DNA of 56,608 nucleotides from Deltaproteobacteria bacterium (GTDB lineage: Bacteria > Desulfobacterota > DSM-4660 > Desulfatiglandales > B25-G16), in contig JAFDDT010000049.1 in assembly GCA_019310725.1 (NCBI GenBank), positions 1-56,608 of the forward strand, written 5' to 3'. A model generated the notes under the pieces. The model did no database searches, was not told the DNA's origin, and worked only from the letters and a program-made list of their open reading frames with translations. This document shows positions 25,174-35,402 of this stretch, piece after piece. The translations under genes were made by a program, and so were the position numbers. The first letter of the stretch is position 1, and each line of letters begins with the position of its first letter.

Positions 25174-25240
25174 TCGATAGGACCTCGTATGGGTGTAAAT
25201 TCCAATTGAAAAAGTAACGTGAGCAGGGTACTGGCTTTTC

Positions 25241-27187
25241 TTATGACCTCATAGCTGAGGATTCCTCACTCTGCATCTGCCTCAGGAGGTTTCCCGTTTG
25301 CCTGGCCTCCTCAGATAGATGCATTTTTCCATTTTGTTTCAATCCCGAACTCATCAAAAGGAATATTTCAGCCAACTCTCCGATGTCGTTTAATGTCTTG
25401 CTACAAGGAAGTTTGAGCGTCTTCAGTGTTGAATCACAAGCCTCAACGCAGTTTTCAATTTCTCCATCGAAAAGATACAGACTTGCCAGGCGCACATGGA
25501 CATCAACGAGATTCTTTTCCAGTTGAATGGCCCTTACATACATCTCTTTGGCCTTATCGTATTGCGTTGCTTCGTAATGCAAATGCCCAAGGTTTGATAG
25601 GGCTTCAACGGAATCATTCTTGAGTTCTAAAGCCCTTAGGTTATGTCTCTCGGCTTCTTTTACTGATCCTTCGTGTTTATAGGCTAGAGCGAGATTTATG
25701 TGGGCGTCCACATCATCAGGTCTTTGCTCGAGTATTTTCTTGAAATGCACTATGGCCGACTGATAGTTTCCAGATCTCAGATCAGAAATCCCTATCTCCT
25801 TGATGATCTCTATATCCTTAGATTCGAGCTTCTTGAGCCTGTTTATGGTATCGAAATATTGATCATTTTTCTTCACGGATTTATATACCCGTGCGAGGCC
25901 CAACAAGGCATCCGGATATTCGGCACTCATGTCGAGGGCAGTTCGATAATGCCTTTTTGCCAATTCCCATGACGCCCTCGCTGAATAGAAATTACCTACA
26001 ATTTTGTGACATTCTGACGGGTTTGGGGTAGAGGAGAATGCCTTGTCAAATTCCTCATTCGCTCTCTTAATCAGCTTTCGCTCCAGATAGACATCTCCGA
26101 GTGCAAGGTGAACCCGCCATTCCTCATTAACGGTATTTTGCATGATATTCCCAAATCTGGCCGGGTCTTCTCTCAGTGCCTTCACAATATTAAGATAGTG
26201 ACTACACACTGACTCTAAGGAATTCCAATCTCGGGTCTCATGATAAACGTTAACCAATATGAAATACGAATCGAGATGTTGAGTGAAAGCCTGTAACGCC
26301 ATGTGAGCATATTTTTCCGCATTGCTCAGGTTCTCTAACTTTAGATATGCAAAGGCAGTTATAAAGTATGTCCAGGGAATAAGTGCTTCCTGACCATGAG
26401 CGTTTCTTCGTGCCATTTCAAGAGCCCTAATCCCTTCAACAACAGCCTCCTCGAACATATGGTTGCTCAAATAGCATGCAGCCAGATCATGTCTGTGCCG
26501 ATATACATCAGGTTCCGTTTCAATCTGTTTTTTCAGGAGTGAAGATGTCCTGGCAAATTTCTCTCTCCGTTTCTCTAAACTGAGATCATAACCATAGTGA
26601 TACAAATAAATAGCATAGGCTCGGGAAGAGGTATATCCAGCGAGCCTGTTATGCACCCTGCCGACATACGAAATCCCTGGATTATTTCTAAAAAGTCTGA
26701 CCTGATTGATCCAGCCTTGGCTCATGTGATCATTCATGTAACTGATTACCGTTACCATGACACTATCAATGCCATCATCCCTTATGGCCGCTCTTACAGC
26801 ATCTCTTGAGTCTCCCCTTAGTTCTTCATCTGCGTCTATGATAAAGATCCAGTCACCAGATGCGTAGCCTATAGATTGATTACGATGCTTGCTGAAATCA
26901 TTCTCCCATGGATGATGGTAAACCTTGGCCCCGTAGCTTTTGGCTATTTCAACGGTTCCATCCTTTGAGCCTGTATCTACAATGATTATCTCATCCACAA
27001 CATCCTTAATGCTCTCAAGGCACTGCGGCAACAGCTCCTCCTCGTTTTTGACCATCATACAGGCAGAAATGGTAGGGGACGTCTTTTTGCCTTCTCCACT
27101 CTTAATGCTTTGAGCTTTCCTCTTCTTGCTCTCGTTCTCAGCCATATTTAGCGAACTACCGTTCAGTTGTGTTACAGCAAAGGGCAC
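25241..27187 (-). CDS. Family-2 glycosyltransferase fused to C-terminal TPR repeats (paralog 2)
   Basis: GT2 core ISACMMVKNEEELLPQCLESIKDVVDEIIIVDTGSKDGT...IIDADE plus TPR repeats. The start is uncertain (GTG 27187 or ATG 27145). Confidence 0.8.
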   Translation of the reverse strand: MPFAVTQLNGSSLNMAENESKKRKAQSIKSGEGKKTSPTISACMMVKNEEELLPQCLESIKDVVDEIIIVDTGSKDGTVEIAKSYGAKVYHHPWENDFSKHRNQSIGYASGDWIFIIDADEELRGDSRDAVRAAIRDDGIDSVMVTVISYMNDHMSQGWINQVRLFRNNPGISYVGRVHNRLAGYTSSRAYAIYLYHYGYDLSLEKRREKFARTSSLLKKQIETEPDVYRHRHDLAACYLSNHMFEEAVVEGIRALEMARRNAHGQEALIPWTYFITAFAYLKLENLSNAEKYAHMALQAFTQHLDSYFILVNVYHETRDWNSLESVCSHYLNIVKALREDPARFGNIMQNTVNEEWRVHLALGDVYLERKLIKRANEEFDKAFSSTPNPSECHKIVGNFYSARASWELAKRHYRTALDMSAEYPDALLGLARVYKSVKKNDQYFDTINRLKKLESKDIEIIKEIGISDLRSGNYQSAIVHFKKILEQRPDDVDAHINLALAYKHEGSVKEAERHNLRALELKNDSVEALSNLGHLHYEATQYDKAKEMYVRAIQLEKNLVDVHVRLASLYLFDGEIENCVEACDSTLKTLKLPCSKTLNDIGELAEIFLLMSSGLKQNGKMHLSEEARQTGNLLRQMQSEESSAMRS

Positions 27188-27202
27188 ATTTGTGATTCGT
27201 GA

Positions 27203-28316
27203 TTACACTGTTCTTGTTGCTACTTCCTCTACCGTTCTGATTACATAATCAATCTCATCCTCTGTTAATCTTGGGTATAAAGGCAGGGAAATAGTGGAAT
27301 TGCCGATACGCTCTGCTACCGGAAAACTACCTTCACCCTTGCCAAACATTTTCCGAAACTTCGTCAGCAAATTGATGCTTCTATAATTAACGGCTACTCC
27401 AACGCCCTTTTGTTGCAATCTTTTCAAGATGTCATCACGTCTTTTTGGATCCACCCATATGGTAAATAGATGGTATCCACTTTTGGCGTTAGCGTATAGC
27501 TTAGGAGAATCCACATCTTTCACAGACGAAAGGGCCTTCAAATACCTTCTGTATACATATTCTCTTCTCTTCCAGTATTGTTCAACCTTTGCAAGCTGAG
27601 GCATGAGAAGCGCAGCCTGGATATCACTCATATTGTATTTCCAGCCCAATTCAAGCAGATCCCAGTGTTTATATTCTTCGGTGTATCGCTCTGCGGCTTC
27701 TTTATTCATTCCGTGAAGTCTAAGAATCCGAATATTCTCGGCGAGTTTCTTTGAGTTTGTGGTTACAGCGCCCCCTTCACCTGAGGTGATGCTCTTGGTG
27801 GCATAGAAACTGAAGCACCACCCTTACTCCATCTCTCTCGCTTTCCAACGCGTGAGCAGCATCTTCGATGACAAAGACTCCGTGTTTGTCTGCTAGCTGC
27901 CTGATTCGCCTCATATCACACATCTGACCATACAGATGCACCGGGAGGATGGCTTTGGTGTTTTCCGTAATCGCATTCTCCACCAGATCCGCATTCAGGT
28001 TCCCGGTATTCTCTTCGACGTCTACCCAGACCGGCTTCGCACCGCAATGTATGATCGCTGTTGACGTCGCAACGAAGGTCATTGGAGTGGTAATGACCTC
28101 GTCTCCAGGACCTATGTTTAATGCCAAAAGGGACAAATGCAATGCGGCGGTGCAGCTCATAAGTCCAACACAGTAGTGCGCACCAACATAATGTGCCAAA
28201 TTGCACTCAAATTCATCGACCACCTCACCGCTGGTCAGAAACACAGAATCGAGAACCCTAATGACTGATTCCTTCTCCTCAGATCCGATATTGTGCTTGT
28301 AAAATTCTATTTTCAT
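27203..28316 (-). pseudogene. DegT/DnrJ/EryC1-type PLP sugar aminotransferase, split by a frameshift
   Basis: Two ORFs (27777-28316 and 27203-27709) are the N and C halves of one aminotransferase. Reading the downstream frame upstream of its Met gives FSFYATKSITSGEGGAVTTNSKKLAENIRILRLHG (PLP-lysine motif). That frame is closed by TAA just before it, so the shift lies near 27810-27830. Confidence 0.75.
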
Positions 28317-28335
28317 GATCCTAAAGTGTAATCAC

Positions 28336-29364
28336 TCAATGCATGACGACAGTTCCGTCTTTCATCTTGATGGGTATCTGCCTCATCCATCTTAGCGGTT
28401 CCCACCACCGCTGATTACTTGCATACCAATCAATTGTTAAATCAAGCCCGCTATCAAAGTCAGTTTCCGGCTCCCAGTTCAGGAATTTCTTCGCCCGTTC
28501 AGTTGAAGCAACGTGTTTTTCAACTTGTCCGGGCCTATCATTGACATAGGTGATTAGATCCAGCGGCTTATTCATCTTATTTAATACTGTCTCCGCTATC
28601 ATCTTGATAGTAATAGCGGTGCCGGTTCCGATATTGACAGCCTTTCCATATAGATCTCGATTTTCACTGTGTAAAACGGCATCCAGCGCCTTGCAATGAT
28701 CCCCAACATATATCCAATCGCGAGAGGCACTGCCGTCACCATGAATTGTGAGGGGCTCATTCAAGATAGCACTCGTTATGAAACGAGGAACCGCTTTCTC
28801 TAGGTGTTGATGTGGACCATAATTATTGAAGGGTCGGATGATCACCGCTGGAATTTCATAGGTCTTCCAGTATGAATAAATGAGGCGGTCGGCCCCTGCT
28901 TTTGCACTTGCATAAGGACTGCAGGGTAGTAATGGATGATTTTCTGTCATCGGTGTTTCGACAGCGCTTCCATATACTTCCGAAGTTGAGACGTGGATGA
29001 GCTTTTTGATTCTTCCGTTATTCTTTAAGATCGCATTGCAAATAGTCTGAGTCCCTAATATATCTGTTTCAAAAAAGACCTTATTGTCAAATATAGATCG
29101 TGCCACATGGGTTTCTGCTGCAAAATGAACCACATAGTCTGCTTGGGCTACCAGGTTATTTACAATCTCAGAATTCCTGACGTCACCATACCAAAACTCA
29201 AACCGATTATCATTTTTGATCAGGAGGTTGAAATTGTCGGGATTTCCTGCGTAGGTTAATGCATCCAAGACCACAAAGTGATAATCTGGATACTTCCTAA
29301 ACATGGAATTAATAAAATGGCTTCCGATAAAGCCAGCTCCACCAGTAACTAATATGGTCTCCAT
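28336..29364 (-). CDS. rfbB: dTDP-glucose 4,6-dehydratase (RmlB-type SDR)
   Basis: ILVTGGAGFIGSHF, HFAAETHVARSI, TSEVYGS and SPYASAKAGAD (YxxxK). ATG 29364 overlaps the upstream stop (TAATG). Confidence 0.8.
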   Translation of the reverse strand: METILVTGGAGFIGSHFINSMFRKYPDYHFVVLDALTYAGNPDNFNLLIKNDNRFEFWYGDVRNSEIVNNLVAQADYVVHFAAETHVARSIFDNKVFFETDILGTQTICNAILKNNGRIKKLIHVSTSEVYGSAVETPMTENHPLLPCSPYASAKAGADRLIYSYWKTYEIPAVIIRPFNNYGPHQHLEKAVPRFITSAILNEPLTIHGDGSASRDWIYVGDHCKALDAVLHSENRDLYGKAVNIGTGTAITIKMIAETVLNKMNKPLDLITYVNDRPGQVEKHVASTERAKKFLNWEPETDFDSGLDLTIDWYASNQRWWEPLRWMRQIPIKMKDGTVVMH

Positions 29365-30059
29365 TATCTTAGCTCCCTTTTCCCTGTTAGATAATCCAGA
29401 GATTCTGGACCGCAATTGAAAAGAAGGTCCACTACTGATAAATGCGGAACGAAGCCTCCGAATAATTGAGGATATTCTGGATGCTTATAGTTGTGATACT
29501 TGACCTTGATGCCCCTTTCCATGAACTGGTCTTCTTCAATGTAATTCCTCCCTGCATCTCCACTCAAATACTCACGTGCGCCCAGTTCGACACAGATATT
29601 CACCAACCGCTCAGTACTATTACCATCTACCTTTAGTGCAGATGAATAGACAATATTGGCCTTAATATTGAGGACATCTTTAAAGCATACGATCAGCTCC
29701 ATATTAAGGTCGATTAGGTATTTGTGGTTCTTCCCAAGTATCTCCTTTATAGAGGGAAAATAGTCCTGGAAATACCTTGCCCTTGCATAAGCGGCACTGA
29801 TGGATTCAGCATGCTTTAAGTTCCATGCTGTGTCGTAGACTATCATTGCTTCACTTATCAGTTGACCTCTCCTGTCCTTTGACAATACCGGAACCGACAA
29901 CCATAAAGGTCCACTTTGGGTCTTGATTCGATTTCTCGATCTCCAATCTCGTTTTGTATATTGAACATCATCATAAATTACGAAAATATCTGCCCAGTCC
30001 ATTTGGTCGAAGAACCCAAGCCAAGGCAGATAACTCGGTTGTAGAATCACACACTTCAT
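29364..30059 (-). CDS. WbqC-family protein
   Basis: MKCVILQPSYLPWLGFFDQMDWADIFVIYDDVQYTKRDWRSRNRI...LWLSVPV matches the WbqC-like family pattern. ATG 30059 has GAGGAA upstream. Confidence 0.7.
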   Translation of the reverse strand: MKCVILQPSYLPWLGFFDQMDWADIFVIYDDVQYTKRDWRSRNRIKTQSGPLWLSVPVLSKDRRGQLISEAMIVYDTAWNLKHAESISAAYARARYFQDYFPSIKEILGKNHKYLIDLNMELIVCFKDVLNIKANIVYSSALKVDGNSTERLVNICVELGAREYLSGDAGRNYIEEDQFMERGIKVKYHNYKHPEYPQLFGGFVPHLSVVDLLFNCGPESLDYLTGKRELR

Positions 30060-30176
30060 ACTCGATTCCTCGATCACAGAGTACCTTTGAGCAGCATCGA
30101 TGGGCGGAGTTACAGCAGTTCATATCCGGCATTCTACATATCGGGCGACTCCTCTTCAAAGATGGGAGTCTAAGAT

Positions 30177-32009
30177 CTACCAGAGATCCCCCATAGCAAT
30201 CTCATCACAGTCTGACTTAATGGTCTTGAAGTAGGCTGGGAGATGCAATGCAGTTCCACCCAGTGACAGAGCATATTGCCTGCAAACCTCTTTTTCACCC
30301 AACGATTCAAAGCCTCGGTCTATATAAAAGGACTCCACTTGCTCATTCTTACTTGTTGCTATATAAAAGCCGAACACCTCCTTACAATTCCTCTTCCGGG
30401 CAACTGACTTACAGTCACTTAAGAGAACATCTTCAATCCCTCTTCCAATAACTCTGCAGCTCAGAAGAAAGGTATCCACAAGGCATTTCGTTTTTTCATA
30501 TCTCAAAATAGCCACACCGACGATGCCGGAATCACCAAACCGATCCTTTAGCCGCAAGAATCGTACATCAGCCTCGCTGGAAGCAGCAAGGTCAGCTATT
30601 TCAGATTCTGAATACCTCTTTGTGGTTAAATTGAACTGGTTGGTTCTTTGCGTTAACTGAGCAATCCTCGGGATGGAAAACGCGTCAGCACTCTTGATGA
30701 ACACTTCCATTTCTAGATACCTGTAATAATCATCGATACTCAAATCCTTTAACTGTGATGCTGTCTTTTTTCTCATTATCTCCGCACGATACATTTCGCT
30801 CCGATTTCGATCCTCATTTGAAAATGTCAAGGAATCAAACAAACCACATGCGTTGAGCGCATGCTTGAATTGGGAAGGATCTGGCGGTAGCAGGATGCAT
30901 TCAACTTCTGGTAAGAATTTTCGCACCATATTGATCTCGACCTCACTGTCATCTATAAACACAAAGCTATCCAAACCTAAATTCAACTCGTGTGCCATCT
31001 CTCTCAAATTCGAAACCTTGTCCCTCCAGTTAATTTTCATTGAGAGAAAACATTCCCTTTTCAGGAGCATATCAGGGTGTTTTTCTAAAACCTCGATGAC
31101 GTCCTGCTCATTATTTTTGCTACAGATCCCCAATAGAACTCCCCTGTGATAGAGGTCTAATATGGCATCTTGAAATTCCCGAAAGGCTGACCCAGGGTAT
31201 GTCCTGCCCAACTTGATATTCTCAACTCCATCTTCGCCAACGATGCCACCCCACAAGGTATTGTCACAGTCCAGCACAAGGCATTTCTTATTTCTGCCCT
31301 TTAATGCGCGAATGAACTTCATATATTCCTTGGCAATAGCCTTGGACGCGCTCACGGTATAGGGTGCCCTTCCGATGTGCCAGTACCGAGAATCTAAGAA
31401 ATGCATATCACCAAGAACGGATTGCAAGAGATCAATATCTACGACATAAACACCTTTGTATTGGTGAATTATGTCAAGTAGCTTGTTGTTGATACGTCGA
31501 AACGTGTTTACCTGTTTGTAGCGTTCTTGGTAGTCAAGCACCCCATAAGCGGGATAAACGGGAACTTCAAAATTATGCACCAGGACAACTGCGTTGCTGT
31601 TTCTTCTGATTGCCATGAGAATAGTATCGAAAGTATCTAGTACTCGCTCCACTTCACTATCAATCTTCTCCTGGGTTAAACTGACGAAGGAGTTCGTTAA
31701 TTCCCCGCAAAGCAGTTCTTTTTTTAGACACACCACGATAATATCGGGTTCATGCTGGAAGAGAGGGCTGTCAGAATTTAGAACCTCCTGCATTATATTG
31801 TCATATTCCCCCATATAAACATCAGCCTTCAAATTATCGTAGTAGCAGAAAAACTTCCAATAGGTGCATATATGATCCACGGTGATGTTTCTAAGAAATC
31901 CTATCCTCAAAGGAATGTGATTCCCATCTGAACCATCGAGGAGGTGAACACGTCTTACAACTTCGTTGAATTTAAGCGTCTCAAGGTCTGCGCCATTCAT
32001 GATATTCAC
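30177..32009 (-). CDS. FkbH-like HAD-IIIC phosphatase/acyl-loading protein with C-terminal GNAT-like region
   Basis: KCLVLDCDNTLWGGIVGEDGVENIKLG is the FkbH / HAD-IIIC DxDxT motif block. 610 aa. The start is GTG 32009 or ATG 32000. Confidence 0.7.
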   Translation of the reverse strand: MNIMNGADLETLKFNEVVRRVHLLDGSDGNHIPLRIGFLRNITVDHICTYWKFFCYYDNLKADVYMGEYDNIMQEVLNSDSPLFQHEPDIIVVCLKKELLCGELTNSFVSLTQEKIDSEVERVLDTFDTILMAIRRNSNAVVLVHNFEVPVYPAYGVLDYQERYKQVNTFRRINNKLLDIIHQYKGVYVVDIDLLQSVLGDMHFLDSRYWHIGRAPYTVSASKAIAKEYMKFIRALKGRNKKCLVLDCDNTLWGGIVGEDGVENIKLGRTYPGSAFREFQDAILDLYHRGVLLGICSKNNEQDVIEVLEKHPDMLLKRECFLSMKINWRDKVSNLREMAHELNLGLDSFVFIDDSEVEINMVRKFLPEVECILLPPDPSQFKHALNACGLFDSLTFSNEDRNRSEMYRAEIMRKKTASQLKDLSIDDYYRYLEMEVFIKSADAFSIPRIAQLTQRTNQFNLTTKRYSESEIADLAASSEADVRFLRLKDRFGDSGIVGVAILRYEKTKCLVDTFLLSCRVIGRGIEDVLLSDCKSVARKRNCKEVFGFYIATSKNEQVESFYIDRGFESLGEKEVCRQYALSLGGTALHLPAYFKTIKSDCDEIAMGDLW

Positions 32010-32015
32010 CGGCGA

Positions 32016-33593
32016 TTATCTTGTTAAATACTCCGTCAACCACTGGGAAGGAATCTCACGATAAATGTCATCATTCCAGTAGTCGTCGTCTATAAAATCT
32101 TCTTGAACTAGACGGGCCCGTCTCAAATCTGCTGATTCAGTCAACCCTCCGAGGACTTTCTCAAGCATGCTCAAGAGAGTCGTCCCATTCGATTCCTTTG
32201 CTGCGAAGAAATGGCCCCTGAGCGGAGAATTAATGATCCTGAACAAGACTGCCGTTAGCTTTGATGCCATCATAAGCTCACTGTGAGACATAGACGATGT
32301 TGAAAAAACGTAATGCGGCGCATCCTCCGAATATACTATCCCATACGAGCTAGATGAGGTTTCCAGGTCGGAACCAGGTAGGATCTGAAGCCTATGGACA
32401 TTCAGGATATGATCTGTGTTCCTCAAATAGGGCAAAATAGATTCAAGCCCTTTGATATACGATTCAAATGTTTCGAACGGCAATCCCAGAATAATATCTA
32501 ACTTAAGCACAATATTGTATCTCTGGACGACCTTCATGAAACGCTCAAATTTTTTCAGACTGACTGGTGCTCGGGCAACAGCCCTGAGTGCTTCTCGGCA
32601 AAAAGACTGCACACCTACACAGTTCACTACCGTATAATCTTTCAGGAGATCTGAGTAGAGTTGTGGCCGGTCAAGAGGGGCGATACCGTTTGAATTGCAT
32701 ATCCTTTCGCGATATTTAAGAGAAGAGGTGAGCTTAATGAACTCCTCATCAACACCATTGTAAACAAATTCCCAGTATATCCGAGGGAGTCTAAGCCCTT
32801 CTCTTCCCTTCAGATCCCTTAGATATTTTACGATATATTTTGCCCTCTCGAGATTGGAAGTGAATACGGCATCGAAAATCCTAAGAGAGAAGACCTGTTT
32901 CTCTAAGATCAGATGGTCTAACTCCTCAATAATCCTCTCAAGAGGATAGTAGGCAATGTTTGGCAAGCCCTTGTGATATACGCAGTAACTGCATCTATTT
33001 TTGCACCCTCTCTGAGTTTCCAGATACGCCTGCTGTCGTTCATACAATCCTTCTTCAATGGCTCCGCTCAGATACACAGATGGAAGTTTGTCAAGATCTA
33101 CAACACCTTTGTTCGCTGTATAATGGAAACCTTTAGAACTCCTATAGGCAATCCCCCGAGGGAAATTGCATCGAAGACCTCTCTTTCTCGCCATTAGGTA
33201 TTTAATATGATTAAGTATTTTTTTCTCTCCCTCCCCGATTACATAGTAGTCACCTACACCCTGCTCAGACAAAAAAGCAGCCCGATTCACAGAAATCTCC
33301 GGTCCACCCAAGATGTGAAGACACTCCACTCTTTCCTTTAATACCTTAATCGTCCCGATAATTTTCCCGATATTCCATATGTAGCAGCTATACCCAACCC
33401 AGTCCGGCCACTTGCACACAATCGCATCACAGATTTCTGATAAACCTGTCTTGGAGCTGAGGTCAAGAACCTCTACAGAAAAAGCTTCCTCACCAAGAAG
33501 GTACTTCTCTAGATACACCTTGAGCACATAGGAGGAAAGAAGGTATCTAGCTAAGGTTTCTTGAGGGTACAAATTGACGAGGAGTAATTTCAT
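32016..33593 (-). CDS. B12-binding-domain radical SAM protein
   Basis: The N-terminal region resembles a cobalamin-binding domain. Radical SAM cluster motif ETQRGCKNRCSYCVY (CxxxCxxC). 525 aa. Confidence 0.7.
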   Translation of the reverse strand: MKLLLVNLYPQETLARYLLSSYVLKVYLEKYLLGEEAFSVEVLDLSSKTGLSEICDAIVCKWPDWVGYSCYIWNIGKIIGTIKVLKERVECLHILGGPEISVNRAAFLSEQGVGDYYVIGEGEKKILNHIKYLMARKRGLRCNFPRGIAYRSSKGFHYTANKGVVDLDKLPSVYLSGAIEEGLYERQQAYLETQRGCKNRCSYCVYHKGLPNIAYYPLERIIEELDHLILEKQVFSLRIFDAVFTSNLERAKYIVKYLRDLKGREGLRLPRIYWEFVYNGVDEEFIKLTSSLKYRERICNSNGIAPLDRPQLYSDLLKDYTVVNCVGVQSFCREALRAVARAPVSLKKFERFMKVVQRYNIVLKLDIILGLPFETFESYIKGLESILPYLRNTDHILNVHRLQILPGSDLETSSSSYGIVYSEDAPHYVFSTSSMSHSELMMASKLTAVLFRIINSPLRGHFFAAKESNGTTLLSMLEKVLGGLTESADLRRARLVQEDFIDDDYWNDDIYREIPSQWLTEYLTR

Positions 33594-33598
33594 CTTGT

Positions 33599-34279
33599 CT
33601 ACCTGGATATCTCCATCATTTTCTCAAAATGTTCACTATCCAACTGGTATAATTCAGTCTGTCTTTCGATATACACCTCTTTCTCTTTTGTGCTCCTTAG
33701 GATGAGCGCTCCAGCGCCTATGATGCATTCTCTGCCAATCGTTACATCATCCCGAATAGTCGCATTCACCCCTATAAAGCAGTAAGGCTCTATTCTAACT
33801 CCACCAGAGACAACAATATGTGAAGAAATCCAACAATGCTCACCAATAACAACATCGTGTCCGAAATGATTTCCACTCCAGATGATGACGTTATTACCAA
33901 TCTTTACAAAAGGCTGAATGACTTGATTTTCAAGAATGAAACAATTATCCCCAACCTTTGTGTCGTCCCACTGGGTGGCCTTCGAACTCACATAAGAAAT
34001 GAGCTTGTATCCCTTTTTTCTCGCCTCTTTGTATTTAGCAGCTCGTACCGTATTGAGCCCTTTATACCCTATGGCAACGAACATCGTGAATTCATCAGGT
34101 GGGTAGGTCGTTGCAATTGTTTCAAATGGCACAACAGGAAGGTTCATTATCTTCCTTCTGTCAATAAATGCTTCATCTGCAGCAAAAGCAACTACCTCAT
34201 AAGGACTGTCTTCTGTTAGATAGAAATGGGCCAGTTGGGCCATTTTTTCCGTGCCAAAAATTACAACCTTCTTTTTCAT
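33599..34279 (-). CDS. NeuD/PglD-family sugar N/O-acyltransferase (left-handed beta-helix)
   Basis: Rossmann-like N-terminus KKVVIFGTEKMAQLAHFYL...YEVVAFAADE, followed by hexapeptide repeats (IGNNVIIWSGNHFGHDVVIGEHCWISSHIVVSGGVRIEPYCFIGVNATI). Confidence 0.75.
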   Translation of the reverse strand: MKKKVVIFGTEKMAQLAHFYLTEDSPYEVVAFAADEAFIDRRKIMNLPVVPFETIATTYPPDEFTMFVAIGYKGLNTVRAAKYKEARKKGYKLISYVSSKATQWDDTKVGDNCFILENQVIQPFVKIGNNVIIWSGNHFGHDVVIGEHCWISSHIVVSGGVRIEPYCFIGVNATIRDDVTIGRECIIGAGALILRSTKEKEVYIERQTELYQLDSEHFEKMMEISR

Positions 34280-34289
34280 GATCTCTTCC

Positions 34290-35039
34290 TTATATCCTCA
34301 ACCCACCGTCAATTTCTAAAACCCTTCCATTAAAAAAATCGCTCTTGAGAATGAACACTATACCATCCGCAATTTCCTTAGGTTTAGCCATTCGTCTGAG
34401 TGGTGTATCTCGAATCCAGTTACTCAGGATAGTCTCACTCATTGATCCTATTGTGGTATCTGTCTTTGTAAAACCAGGGGCAATCCCTGCCACTCGAATA
34501 CCCAGAGTTCCCAATTCTTTAGCCCAGGTGACTGTCAGAGCAACGACCCCTGCCTTAGCCGCAGAATAGGCACTCTGTCCGATGTTTCCTACCGCGGAAA
34601 TGGAGCTAACGTTCACAATGACACCTTTAGTTCTTTGTGAGACCATTCTACGGACCACTTGGGTGGTAACATAAAAGACTGAACTTAAATTTGTGGATAT
34701 GATTTTGTCCCACATCTCAATATCATGGCTCACTATACCTCTCGGACCCAGGGCTACCAGTAATGCACTGTGGACGATCCCAGCATTGTTAACCAACACG
34801 TCAATCCTTCCAAACTCTTTAAAGAAATCATCCACTGCTGTCTCGACTGAGTCCGGCTGACTCACGTCGCAGGCCCTGCAATACAAACTAGAATAACGGC
34901 CTCCCAGCCTCAGGAGGGCCTTCTGGTCAATATCTAAAACACCTACAATGGCCCCCTCATCAACTAGCTGATCTACAAGGACCATACCGATACCGCTTGC
35001 CCCTCCGGTTACGATCACCCTTTTTTCATTGAGATCCAT
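34290..35039 (-). CDS. Short-chain dehydrogenase/reductase, FabG-like
   Basis: VIVTGGASGIGMVL (TGxxxGxG), NNAG and YSAAKAGV (YxxxK). Confidence 0.8.
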   Translation of the reverse strand: MDLNEKRVIVTGGASGIGMVLVDQLVDEGAIVGVLDIDQKALLRLGGRYSSLYCRACDVSQPDSVETAVDDFFKEFGRIDVLVNNAGIVHSALLVALGPRGIVSHDIEMWDKIISTNLSSVFYVTTQVVRRMVSQRTKGVIVNVSSISAVGNIGQSAYSAAKAGVVALTVTWAKELGTLGIRVAGIAPGFTKTDTTIGSMSETILSNWIRDTPLRRMAKPKEIADGIVFILKSDFFNGRVLEIDGGLRI

Positions 35040-35050
35040 AGGTCCACTGT

Positions 35051-35281
35051 CTACGGTTTCTTACTTTGTAGAATTCCTATGATCGCGGAAAACCTAGTCA
35101 TTTCGACGATTTCATCCATGCTCAACATGGGGATATCAAAGTTTTCCTCAATGGCAACCATAAGTTCCATATGTTTCAAAGAGTCCCACGAAGCAATGGT
35201 CTCCATTGACGATTCCTCATTTATTTGGTCAGCACCGATCTCGAGAACATCCGACATGATTCTCTTTAGATTATTCTCCAT
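35051..35281 (-). CDS. Stand-alone acyl carrier protein
   Basis: 76 aa, acidic. The WDSLKHMELMVAIEENFDI segment carries the DSL phosphopantetheine-serine motif. Confidence 0.75.
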   Translation of the reverse strand: MENNLKRIMSDVLEIGADQINEESSMETIASWDSLKHMELMVAIEENFDIPMLSMDEIVEMTRFSAIIGILQSKKP

Positions 35282-35402
35282 ATTTCACCTTCCTCTCCGT
35301 CTTCACTTGAAAATTCTCCGCCAACCTAAAATTCGTAGATGCCTCTACGACCATTGAAATATCGATCTTGACATAGAATACCCATTTTCCATCAAATCCC
35401 AT

